Positions 1-10,168 are shown, numbered from the stretch's first letter. The stretch is 10,168 nt of DNA from Zygophlyctis sp. KS116 (GCA_054661495.1 BAAFSQ010000333.1:1-10168); one strand, 5' to 3'. Program-made: numbers and translations. Notes: generated from the letters alone by a model not told the origin.

Positions 1-49
1 CTTGAGAGAGGGCTGATTGAAGTAAGGAGGCAGCTATCACAATATTCAT
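1..49 (-). CDS. Possible 5' end of a secreted protein (signal-peptide-like MNIVIAASLLQSALSQ...), truncated by the window edge
   Basis: Minus-strand ATG at 49-47 follows an A-rich leader (aaaaaaatctaaATG). The frame is open to the window edge, with a hydrophobic core and an A-L-S|Q cleavage-like motif. Only 16 codons are visible. Confidence 0.4.
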   Translation of the reverse strand, partial: MNIVIAASLLQSALSQ

Positions 50-259
50 TTAGATTTTTTTCTGAAGAGGGATGGATCAGCGAGGCGGTTTTGTTTATAC
101 TCGTGGCACTCGGGTGAATTTCATACCGTAATCTCTTAAAATATCTAGTTTAAGATCTCTTCTCAAGCGAAAATAGCCATAATAATCCGCTACGCACACT
201 CCGAATTTAGAAATCAATTGGTCAATTTTATTTATGTTTAGCGTTGTGTGTTTTGGAAA

Positions 260-991
260 ATGCAGTGTGTTCCTGATGTTTTAATTGATGATTTCTCTGC
301 GATAAGAACCGGATGGCTAGACAATCTCCCAAAATTCTTTAATTTAGTTGGAGGAGACTATGGATCTCTTGGTGCACCGTTTACAATCAATCCCAATAAT
401 CAAAGTCTTTCTATTAAAGCCGGATCTTATCCAGTTGGAGTCCCTGAAGCCCAAGCCAATCCAGGAACCGCCCCAACATTTAACTATTGGTATGTTAAAT
501 TTGACCGAGAAGCATGTTTTAATACTACAATTTATTCTGGAATTTCATTTGATCTGATTGCACCTTTAGGATCTGATATGAACTTTACAATGACTCAAAG
601 ATCTAAAAATTGCTCTGTTCGACTTGTAGACTCCCAGTATCACTTACTTAGTAAATACATTACTCCTGATGGAACAAAACAGACTGTATATCTTCCATTT
701 TCAGATTATTCTCTTAATTTGTTTGGAGAAGCTTTTGATTTTGAATATTTCAAAGATTGGACATTGGTGAATTTAGGCCCTGAAGGAGCAGAATTTGTAA
801 TGTCGGATCTTAAATTAGTTGGAGGACCTGTTGGATGCATTAAGAGTGTACAGAATAATTCTACAAAAGATGAGAATAATTCTACAAAAGATCAGAATTC
901 TTCTAATACTACTCAAAAAAGCGGAACTATAAAAAGATCATTAAGAGACGCTGTTGTGATTGCAGTTTTATTGCTTTCAATCTTTTTATAA
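260..991 (+). CDS. Putative cell-surface (GPI-anchored) protein with a beta-sandwich carbohydrate-binding-like domain (CBM11/CIA30-like); start uncertain
   Basis: The first in-frame ATG is at 260 (aaaATG), giving 243 aa; the track's GTG start at 248 is unlikely in a eukaryote. Motifs LIDDF, YSGISFDL and QTVYLPFSDY resemble galactose-binding-like folds. A Ser/Thr/Asn-rich linker is followed by a hydrophobic C-terminus (SG...AVVIAVLLLSIFL) typical of a GPI signal. The domain call is by eye. Confidence 0.7.
   Translation: MQCVPDVLIDDFSAIRTGWLDNLPKFFNLVGGDYGSLGAPFTINPNNQSLSIKAGSYPVGVPEAQANPGTAPTFNYWYVKFDREACFNTTIYSGISFDLIAPLGSDMNFTMTQRSKNCSVRLVDSQYHLLSKYITPDGTKQTVYLPFSDYSLNLFGEAFDFEYFKDWTLVNLGPEGAEFVMSDLKLVGGPVGCIKSVQNNSTKDENNSTKDQNSSNTTQKSGTIKRSLRDAVVIAVLLLSIFL
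852..905 (+). repeat. 21-bp coding tandem repeat (about 2.5 copies) encoding NNSTKD(E/Q), N-glycosylation sequons in a linker
   Basis: agaataattctacaaaagatg (852-872), agaataattctacaaaagatc (873-893), partial agaattcttcta (894-905). Confidence 0.9.
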
Positions 992-1035
992 AAATTTTTA
1001 ATCTAAAATCTTCGCGCTTTTGACGTGTTTGAAAA

Positions 1036-3201
<2,166 letters not shown>

Positions 3202-3219
3202 AAAAAAACGATTTTATTC

Positions 3220-3780
3220 TTAAAAGCATTTTGAGCCTTGTAACCGTATCTGTTTGATCATATTTTGTACTAGAGTATGAATTTCCTTTAGACTAGAGTC
3301 TTGTAATTGTACTTTTGACAATGCATGAAGTAAAAATCTAGTATTTTTAGAATCCTTTAGATCCAATTTATCCAAGTCTGAAATTATATTTGAAATATTT
3401 AGATTTGAAAGATCAAAATCTTGCGCTACAAATTCACAAATTGATTTTTCTAATTTCAGACTCTTCTCTTTGACAGTATAGTAACCCAACTCTTTAACGT
3501 TTACATCTAGCCATTCAACAGTATAGATCTGATCATATTGAATGTAATAAACCTTTTCCAACAATAAGAAATCATAGTCTAGTAAACTTTTAGATTCAGT
3601 AGAATATAGTCCACAGATTTTCAAGTTTGGAAAAACAATTCTTTGCGAGAAAATCCAAGAATTTATAACTTGTAAATCCAGACTTGGTAATGCATAATAC
3701 AGAGCATTATCTTTTTCTATCAACACACCAGAGCTTGATCTAGACAATGCATCAATGTAAGATGCAAGGAAATGATTCAT
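3220..3780 (-). CDS. Hypothetical 186-aa protein, possibly a highly divergent non-catalytic MPN-domain protein (COP9 signalosome subunit 6-like)
   Basis: Intact 561-nt ORF with an A-rich context before the ATG. VFPNLKICGLYST resembles the CSN6/MPN 'VF..L..LGWY[ST]T' segment. LEKSICEFVAQ resembles 'AERI.VDHVA'. There is no JAMM HxH motif. The gene is likely real; the family call is weak. Confidence 0.6.
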   Translation of the reverse strand: MNHFLASYIDALSRSSSGVLIEKDNALYYALPSLDLQVINSWIFSQRIVFPNLKICGLYSTESKSLLDYDFLLLEKVYYIQYDQIYTVEWLDVNVKELGYYTVKEKSLKLEKSICEFVAQDFDLSNLNISNIISDLDKLDLKDSKNTRFLLHALSKVQLQDSSLKEIHTLVQNMIKQIRLQGSKCF

Positions 3781-3945
3781 ATTTTTTTAAGAGACTGTGT
3801 CAGTGTCTGGTTGTGCGACTGAGGGTGGCGTGCATGCATTAGGCCGCCCGATGGAGGGACTGATGGTAGGCCACCTGGTGTTGATGCTGATGGTAGGGAA
3901 CAAAGTCCAGGGGCAAGCCGAGGCTCAGGAACTAAAAAAGTAGAA

Positions 3946-6900
3946 ATGGAAGAGATCACACAAGAGGATTGTTGGATTGTCATTTCTTCATTTTTTGATG
4001 AAAAGGGACTAGTACGACAGCAATTGGATTCGTTTGATGAATTTGTTAAAAATACTATTCAAGAAATTGTGGATGAAACAGAGGAGTTAATATTGGAATC
4101 TCCAGTCTCTTATGGATCGGAAGATGAAGTTAATACAAGATTTATAATCAAGTTTGGGCAGATTTATGTGTCTAAGCCAACAGTCATTGAAGCTGATGGT
4201 TCAACTACAATCATGTTTCCACAAGAAGCTAGACTAAGGTATTTCTAAAATAATAATTGTAAAATAGAAATCTAACATACTCTGGTCCACTTTATGTAGA
4301 TATGAAAAAGGAAATTAGGGTGGCAGATCCAAATGCTACAGAGAATCAAGGGATATCTGATCCAAATGATATGACTTGGGAAGTACAGGAAGGTGATGAG
4401 GACTATCAAAAGGTATTTAAATTTGTTTTTTTTTCTAAAAAAAATAGGTTTTTATTGGGAAATTACCAATAATGCTAAAGTCTAGTTACTGTCAATTGAA
4501 TGGATTAGGAGAAAAAGATATGTTTGCTGTTGGGGAATGTCCTTATGATCAGGTAAATTAATTTAGAAATTGAATTATAGGGTGGTTATTTTATTATAAA
4601 TGGGTCTGAAAAAGTACTAATAGCTCAAGAAAGAATGGCTACTAATCATGTATATGTATTTAGTAAGCCGCAACCTGCTGCATACTCTTTTTCTGCTGAA
4701 ATTCGTTCTCAGCCTGAAAAACAATCAAAAATGGCTTCTCAACTCTTTATAAAAATGATGTCTTCAAAAAATGGTGAAAAAGTAATTCTAGTTATTTAAA
4801 TTTTTTAGACTATTGGTCAACCTATTCGGACTTCTTTACCATATGTTACCGCTGATATTCCAATAGTTATTGTATTTAGGGCTTTAGGAATTTTATCAGA
4901 CAAGGATATTCTTAGTCACATTTGTTATGATTTTAATGATACAAGCATGTTGGAAATGTTGAAACCTTGTATTGAAGAAGCATTTGTTATTCAAGATAGA
5001 GACGTGGCTTTGGATTTTATTGGTAAAAGAGGGAATCTAAGTGTTGGAATGCCAAGAGATCGTCGTGTGAGATTTGCTGCTGACATTCTTCAAAAAGAAA
5101 TGTTGCCTCATGTAGGTGTAAGAGCACATTGCGAAACAAGAAAGGCTTATTTCTTTGGATATATGATACATAGACTGCTATTAGCAGCTCTAGAAAGGAG
5201 AGAATTGGATGATCGTGATCACTTTGGAAAGAAAAGATTGGATCTGGGAGGACCTCTCTTAGCTGGACTCTTCAGAATGTTGTTTAGAAAGTTGACAAAA
5301 GATGTTGATAGATATATGAAGAAAACAATGGAACAAAAGAGAGAATTCAATTTAGCTCTTGCTGTAAAGGCACCTATAATTACAAATGGACTTCGATATT
5401 CTTTAGCAACTGGTAATTGGGGTGATCAGAAAAAGGCAATGCAGTCGCGTGCTGGGGTCAGTCAAGTATTAAATCGATACACATATGCTTCAACTTTATC
5501 TCATTTACGTCGTTTGAATACTCCTATTGGAAGGGATGGGAAATTGGCAAAACCTAGACAACTTCATAATACTCATTGGGGAATGGTTTGTCCTGCTGAA
5601 ACGCCTGAAGGGCAGGCCTGTGGTTTGGTTAAGAATCTCTCTCTGATGGCTTATGTTACTGTTGGCTCGACAGCAAATATGATCAAAGAGTTTTTAGATG
5701 AATGGTCTATGGAAACTTTAGAAGAAGTCAGTGCAGCAACTATTCCGGAAGCTACAAAGATTTTTTTAAATGGAGAATGGGTTGGTGTTCATCGTGACCC
5801 TGAGCAGCTGGTCAAAACACTTCGACGTCTCCGTAGATGCTTAGATATTTCAGAGGAAGTCTCAGTTGTCCGGGACGTTCGAGAGCGTGAGTTGAGGCTA
5901 TCTACAGACGCTGGTAGAATTTGCCGGCCATTGTTTATTGTTACTCCAGAGCAAACGCTAGGACTTAATAAGGAGCATGTAAATGAAATTTATGAGAAGG
6001 ATGCAGGGTGGGATATGCTACTACGTGAAGGAGTTGTTGAATATATAGATACAGAAGAAGAAGAGACTGTCATGATCTGTATGACTCCTGATGATTTAGC
6101 GGAATCTCGTATTGCAGTTCAAAATCAATTAGCTCGCAGTGGTAGCGGTACAAATAGAATCAAAGCATCTCAAGTTTATTCGAAAAATTGGACACATTGC
6201 GAAATTCATCCTTCGATGATATTAGGAATTTGTGCAAGTATCATTCCTTTCCCAGATCATAACCAGGTAAGCTTGACATTTTCTTATCTAAGTCTCCTCG
6301 TAATGTTTACCAATCTGCTATGGGTAAGCAAGCCATGGGAATTTTTTTAACAAACTTCTTAAATCGATTTGATACGATGGCCAATATACTTTTTTATCCT
6401 CAGAAACCCCTGGCTACAACCCGTGCGATGGAATATTTACATTTCCGTGAGCTTCCTGCTGGTCAAAATGCTATAGTAGCTATCGCTTGTTACTCAGGAT
6501 ATAATCAAGAAGACTCCATCATCATGAATCAATCTTCAATTGATCGTGGGCTTTTTAGAAGTATTTATTATAGAACATACATGGATCAAGAGAAAAAAAT
6601 AGGGATGCAGTCATCAGAAACGTTTGAGAAGCCTACTAGAGACAATACCCTACGATTGAAATACGGAACATATGAAAAATTAGAGGATGATGGATTAATT
6701 GCTCCAGGAACTGCAGTGAGTGGGAATGATATTATCATTGGGAAAACTGTTCCTATTGCTCAGGACTCCGAAGAGCTTGGTCAGCGTTTAGACACTCACA
6801 CAAAGCGCGATTCTTCAACCCCATTAAAGAGCACAGAATCAGGAATTATTGATCATGTGTTAGTTACTACTAATGCTGAAGGATACAAATTTGTTAAAAT

Positions 6901-7719
6901 TAGAATGAGATCAATCAGAGTCCCTCAAATGGGAGATAAATTTGCGGTATTTTTTTTGATAAGTTAATTTCTAGTCTCGTCATGGGCAAAAAGGAACTGT
7001 TGGAATAACTTATCGTCAGGAAGATATGCCTTTCACTGTAGAAGGAATTACTCCGGATCTTATTGTAAATCCTCATGCCATTCCCTCACGTATGACAATT
7101 GGTCACTTGGTCGAGTGTTTACTTTCTAAAGTTTCATCGCTTGATGGTACCGAAGGAGATGCCACACCATTTACAGATGTAACTGTAGAGTCTATTTCAC
7201 AAACTTTGGCATCATATGGATATCAGCAGAGAGGATTTGAAGTATTGTACAATGGTCATACAGGAAGGAAGCTGAACGCTCAGGTTTTCACAGGCCCCAC
7301 ATATTATCAAAGATTAAAGCATATGGTAGATGACAAGATTCATAGTAGAGCAAGAGGTCCGGTACAGATTCTGACTCGTCAGCCTGTGGAGGGTAGAGCC
7401 AGAGACGGTGGACTTCGATTTGGAGAAATGGAACGAGATTGTATGATTTCTCATGGAGCAGCACAATTCTTGAAGGTAAAGTTCATGAAACGCTCTTATT
7501 ATTTAGGAACGTGTATTTGACGTTTCAGATGCTTATAGAACCCATGTTTGCGATCTATGTGGTCTAATGGCGATTGCCAACCTCAAAAAGAACAGTTTCG
7601 AATGCCGAACTTGCAAGAATAAGACACAGATCTCTCAAATATACATACCGTATGCATTTAAACTACTATGTCAGGAGCTACTAGCGATGAACATCGCCCC
7701 TCGATTGATGGTTTCCTAG
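3946..7719 (+). CDS. RPB2: DNA-directed RNA polymerase II second-largest subunit; join(3946..4238,4268..4412,4448..4552,4581..4781,4809..6266,6293..6946,6975..7475,7507..7719), 1189 aa
   Basis: Motifs [15 protein letters not shown]|NLTY, ECPYDQ|[46 protein letters not shown]|SPRN, GYNQEDS, GDKFA|[18 protein letters not shown] and a C-terminal Zn ribbon (CDLC...CRTC). Removing seven introns gives 3570 nt in frame, ending at TAG 7717-7719. Confidence 0.98.
4239..4267 (+). other. RPB2 intron 1 (29 nt, phase 2)
   Basis: GTATTT...AAATAG; removal restores ARLRNLTYS. Confidence 0.95.
4413..4447 (+). other. RPB2 intron 2 (35 nt, phase 0)
   Basis: GTATTT...AAATAG; removal restores [11 protein letters not shown]. 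Confidence 0.93.
4553..4580 (+). other. RPB2 intron 3 (28 nt, phase 0)
   Basis: GTAAAT...TTATAG; removal restores PYDQGGYF. Confidence 0.95.
4782..4808 (+). other. RPB2 intron 4 (27 nt, phase 0, in-frame TAA and TAG)
   Basis: GTAATT...TTTTAG; removal eliminates two in-frame stops between conserved blocks. Confidence 0.9.
6267..6292 (+). other. RPB2 intron 5 (26 nt, phase 0, AAG acceptor)
   Basis: GTAAGC...TCTAAG; removal restores PDHNQSPRN. Confidence 0.95.
6947..6974 (+). other. RPB2 intron 6 (28 nt, phase 0)
   Basis: GTATTT...TTCTAG; removal restores GDKFASRHGQKG. Confidence 0.96.
7476..7506 (+). other. RPB2 intron 7 (31 nt, phase 0)
   Basis: GTAAAG...ATTTAG; removal restores [11 protein letters not shown]. 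Confidence 0.95.
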
Positions 7720-7781
7720 TTTTATCAATAGATTACTGCGTGCTTTTTCCATATTAAAAGTTTAAGTGAAATCCATTGTTT

Positions 7782-7874
7782 AGAGTGAGAGTGGAAGTTT
7801 GGGGCTTCCAACATTGGAGGTTAGGAGTGTGTGTGGCACCATGATTGTCAATCGTTCGCTTCACGCTTTTTTTT
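7782..7874 (+). ncRNA. Candidate small structured RNA of unknown family (Pol III-like layout)
   Basis: About 51% GC island. The 5' end (7782-7795) can pair with the 3' end (7855-7867), which runs into a T8 tract. Internal hairpins are present, and an AT-rich box lies about 30 nt upstream. No family motif was recognised. Confidence 0.3.
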
Positions 7875-7995
7875 CTTTGCTGAATGTTTAGAATCTCTAT
7901 GCTTGTAACCATACATGATAATAGATCTCGGATTTTCAGAAAATATTAATAAAAACTCCCAAAAATTTTTGAGCAATTTATTTCAGGATTTTTTT

Positions 7996-8068
7996 GGCCC
8001 TGTGGAGTAGTGGTTAACTCGTTTGCCTCCGAAGCAAGAGATCACGAGTTCAATCCTCGTCTGGGTCG
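7996..8068 (+). tRNA. tRNA-Arg(CCG), intronless, 73 nt
   Basis: Acceptor stem GGCCCTG/CTGGGTC plus G73 (one T:T mismatch). D arm GAGT-AGTGGTTA-ACTC. Anticodon arm TTTGC-CTCCGAA-GCAAG, with CCG at 8029-8031. T arm ACGAG-TTCAATC-CTCGT. No encoded CCA. Confidence 0.95.
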
Positions 8069-8095
8069 TACATAAGAACTGATTTCTAATTTACA

Positions 8096-8100
8096 TTTTT
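8096..8100 (+). terminator. Probable RNA polymerase III terminator (T5) for the tRNA
   Basis: First run of five T downstream of the tRNA 3' end. Confidence 0.5.
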
Positions 8101-8192
8101 AATCGGTGCATTTTTGGAATTTTCCGTGTTTATCAAGATAACCTCAAAGGAGAATACTCATTAATCAATGTTATACATCAATACTTTTATTG

Positions 8193-9793
8193 TTATTCCA
8201 TGATCCAAACTTTTGGGACAAGGCGAATCGGTCCCACAATCTTTGACCACGATAAATTCTTCACTAAATGCAGGTCTATCATCAAGCCACGATACAGTGA
8301 AATATTTACATATCCCAATCCGTCATAGCCATAAATAACATCATGCACCTTTCTATCTTTAAATTTCTCTGGTTCATTAGTCAAGATGTACGTGTACGAT
8401 GAAAAATCATTCTGTGTTTCATTTTTATCGTAAATAGATATCACTTCAGTTTCAAACAAATCCTGCTGTTTATATGTGCGTGAGTAATGATCATCATTTG
8501 AGAATATTTGTAGAGATTTCAAGGAGACCGGACACATGAATTCGGATTTTTGATGAGCAATTAATGAACAATATCCTTCCTTAGATTCTTTTGATTCTAT
8601 TTGTGTCTTAATACTGCCACAATTTTGCTTAAAAAGCCATGGTTTGCAAGGAAACTTTTGTCCAAATCTGGAAGCGCCATTCATTGCAGTAAAGGTATCA
8701 ATATATATTGATTTTCCTAGTGGCACCCTTGAGACTGCGATTCCTCCGGGATAATTTAATGATGAAATACCCATTGCTATTAATGACAAGATAAATATTA
8801 TTAGCACGAATAGCTTGAATATACGTTTCGGCCATTTTGAAAAAGACGATACAAAAATTGAAGCAGATACTTGAAGTGGTGTTATTGCATACATTATAAA
8901 CCTCCATTCCTTATGTGGCAAAAAAGAATAGATAAAAATATACAGAAAAATTGGTGCTGTAATCCTTTTATGCCTTTTATCTTTAGAAAAAAATGCCAAA
9001 ATAGATAATGGATATGCAAGCGGTGCAATTTTTGGTAACATTTTCAAAAAATATGTGTACCATGGACTTGTCCCATAATTCTTTGATCCGTTTTGCCAAG
9101 TATTAAATAAAAAAACATGTAATTCCGGCCAATAAAACTGTTTTTGCCATAGATAAGAGTCTAAACTTAAAGTCCAAATCAAACTTGAAAGAAAACAAGG
9201 CGTAAAAATTTTCACTGCTTGGCGGATTGTATACTGTTGATAGTAAAGATCGGACAGAATTACTAGACCACCTAAATAAGAATTAATAAAATAAAAATAC
9301 CCAGGACTGCAACTTCAGCTCTAAAAACTACAGCAGTAAAAACAAAAAGAGAAAGAGAAATCAACCCATTTCTAGAACCCCTTCTTGTTCTAAAGAAAAA
9401 TGCTAAATTTGTTAGTATATTAGCAAAAGTATTTGGTAATGTCCTAGATCCCCAAAAATTCATATGAAAACTACTAAATTCCATAAAGAAATAGTCTGTT
9501 GAATAGAATCCAAAACTACTAATCCATGTCAAAAAAGCCAAGATAATTCTAGTCCATATTAAATAAGAAACCTTTGATGCATTAAGGACACCAAGAATTA
9601 AAAAGATTGGAAGTCCGAGAACTGACAACAAGAGCGGTCCGGTGAAAGTTCGAGGAACGACCCCAGGAAAAGCAAAATGATCCCATTCAGTTAAATTTCT
9701 AGTAAATATAAAATCATGGACTGCCTGCGTATTAAAACTTTCTTCCACTTTTGTCCATGGAGAAAGTAGAATATTTAAAATCAGCAAAATCAT
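8193..9793 (-). CDS. ALG12: Dol-P-Man:Man7GlcNAc2-PP-Dol alpha-1,6-mannosyltransferase (GT22); complement(join(8193..9271,9301..9793)), about 523 aa
   Basis: Motifs PWTKVEESFNTQAVHD, DHFAFPGVVPRTFTGP, SRTLPNTFA, VFRAE, DSYLWQ...WPE, YSFLPHKEWRFI, SSLNYPGG and GASRFGQ. One 29-nt intron joins the two track ORFs in frame. The exact start could lie slightly upstream. Confidence 0.93.
9272..9300 (-). other. ALG12 intron (29 nt, phase 1)
   Basis: Minus strand GTATTTTTATTTTATTAATTCTTATTTAG; removal joins AVLG|G to the downstream frame. Confidence 0.92.
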
Positions 9794-10111
9794 GCAAAAT
9801 AGGAATTTTAAGAAATTTAAAAGATTTGCATCGGCAAAACTATAAGTTTATTTACTAAATCTAAAAATATAATCCTAATAGATTTGTTGCATCATCATTT
9901 ATCTGCTATTTCTTCAAAGACATCAAACCTAACCTAAACCTGACTTATTTTCAACTAAACCTAACGATACCTTGAATTCTATGGTCCTTGAAACAGCAAG
10001 TCTAAAATATCCTGTTGAGATGATTTGTAGCAAACTCTGATGAAGTGGCTGAGAGACAAAGATCAAAAGTCAAACTCCGATTGACTTTAAAAGAGTGAAA
10101 CGCGTTCGCGC

Positions 10112-10168
10112 ACCTTAGAGGAATTAAATTCTTTATCTAATTCTCTAAGGTAAATAAATTCTTTATCT
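10112..10168. repeat. Inverted repeat (14 bp, one bulge) overlapping a 14-bp direct repeat
   Basis: accttagaggaatta (10112-10126) pairs with taattctctaaggt (10138-10151). taaattctttatct occurs at 10125-10138 and 10155-10168. Confidence 0.7.

Noticed and set aside
348-557. 69-aa alternative-frame ORF
   Set aside because: It is nested in the longer CDS and has no recognisable features.
852-905. CRISPR-like repeat
   Set aside because: The copies are directly adjacent with no spacers and lie in frame within a eukaryotic CDS.
3777-3983. 68-aa minus-strand ORF with an ATGA overlap onto the MPN-like gene
   Set aside because: It starts inside the RPB2 CDS and crosses GC-rich, stop-poor DNA. It is not called as a gene, and the region is covered in the findings.
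8698-8907. 69-aa alternative-frame ORF in ALG12
   Set aside because: It is nested out of frame in a conserved CDS.
9925-9965. CCTAA/CCTAAA repeats resembling telomeric TTAGG or a telomerase RNA template
   Set aside because: There are only about 4-5 irregular units, with no array and no supporting structure.
10037-10113. Hammerhead ribozyme (CTGATGA...GAAAC) or C/D snoRNA (TGATGA...CTGA)
   Set aside because: No stem I, no stem II closing pairs and no UH cleavage triplet were found. The C and D boxes are only 5 nt apart, leaving no guide region.
9890-10167. Multi-exon minus-strand gene with an in-frame TGA (selenoprotein idea)
   Set aside because: It needs a GTGCGC donor unlike the local GTAW consensus, shows no selenoprotein motif, and has no recognisable SECIS.

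Overview
This is AT-rich eukaryotic nuclear DNA in the standard genetic code, fungal-like and probably from an early-diverging lineage such as a chytrid (inference from the protein sequences and gene architecture). In order, the window holds: a possible 5' end of a secreted protein (minus strand, cut by the window edge); a putative GPI-anchored beta-sandwich/CBM-like protein; GFA1 (5 exons, 685 aa); a divergent MPN/CSN6-like gene; RPB2 (8 exons, 1189 aa); a candidate small structured RNA; tRNA-Arg(CCG); and ALG12 (2 exons, about 523 aa). The fragmented ORF track is explained by 12 tiny GT-AG introns of 25-35 nt whose removal restores conserved motifs. They have no canonical branch point, and acceptor choice appears to follow a length rule. 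Intergenic spacers are as short as 18-44 nt. Two unexplained GC-rich islands (3789-3933 and 7782-7874) are the best candidates for unannotated elements.
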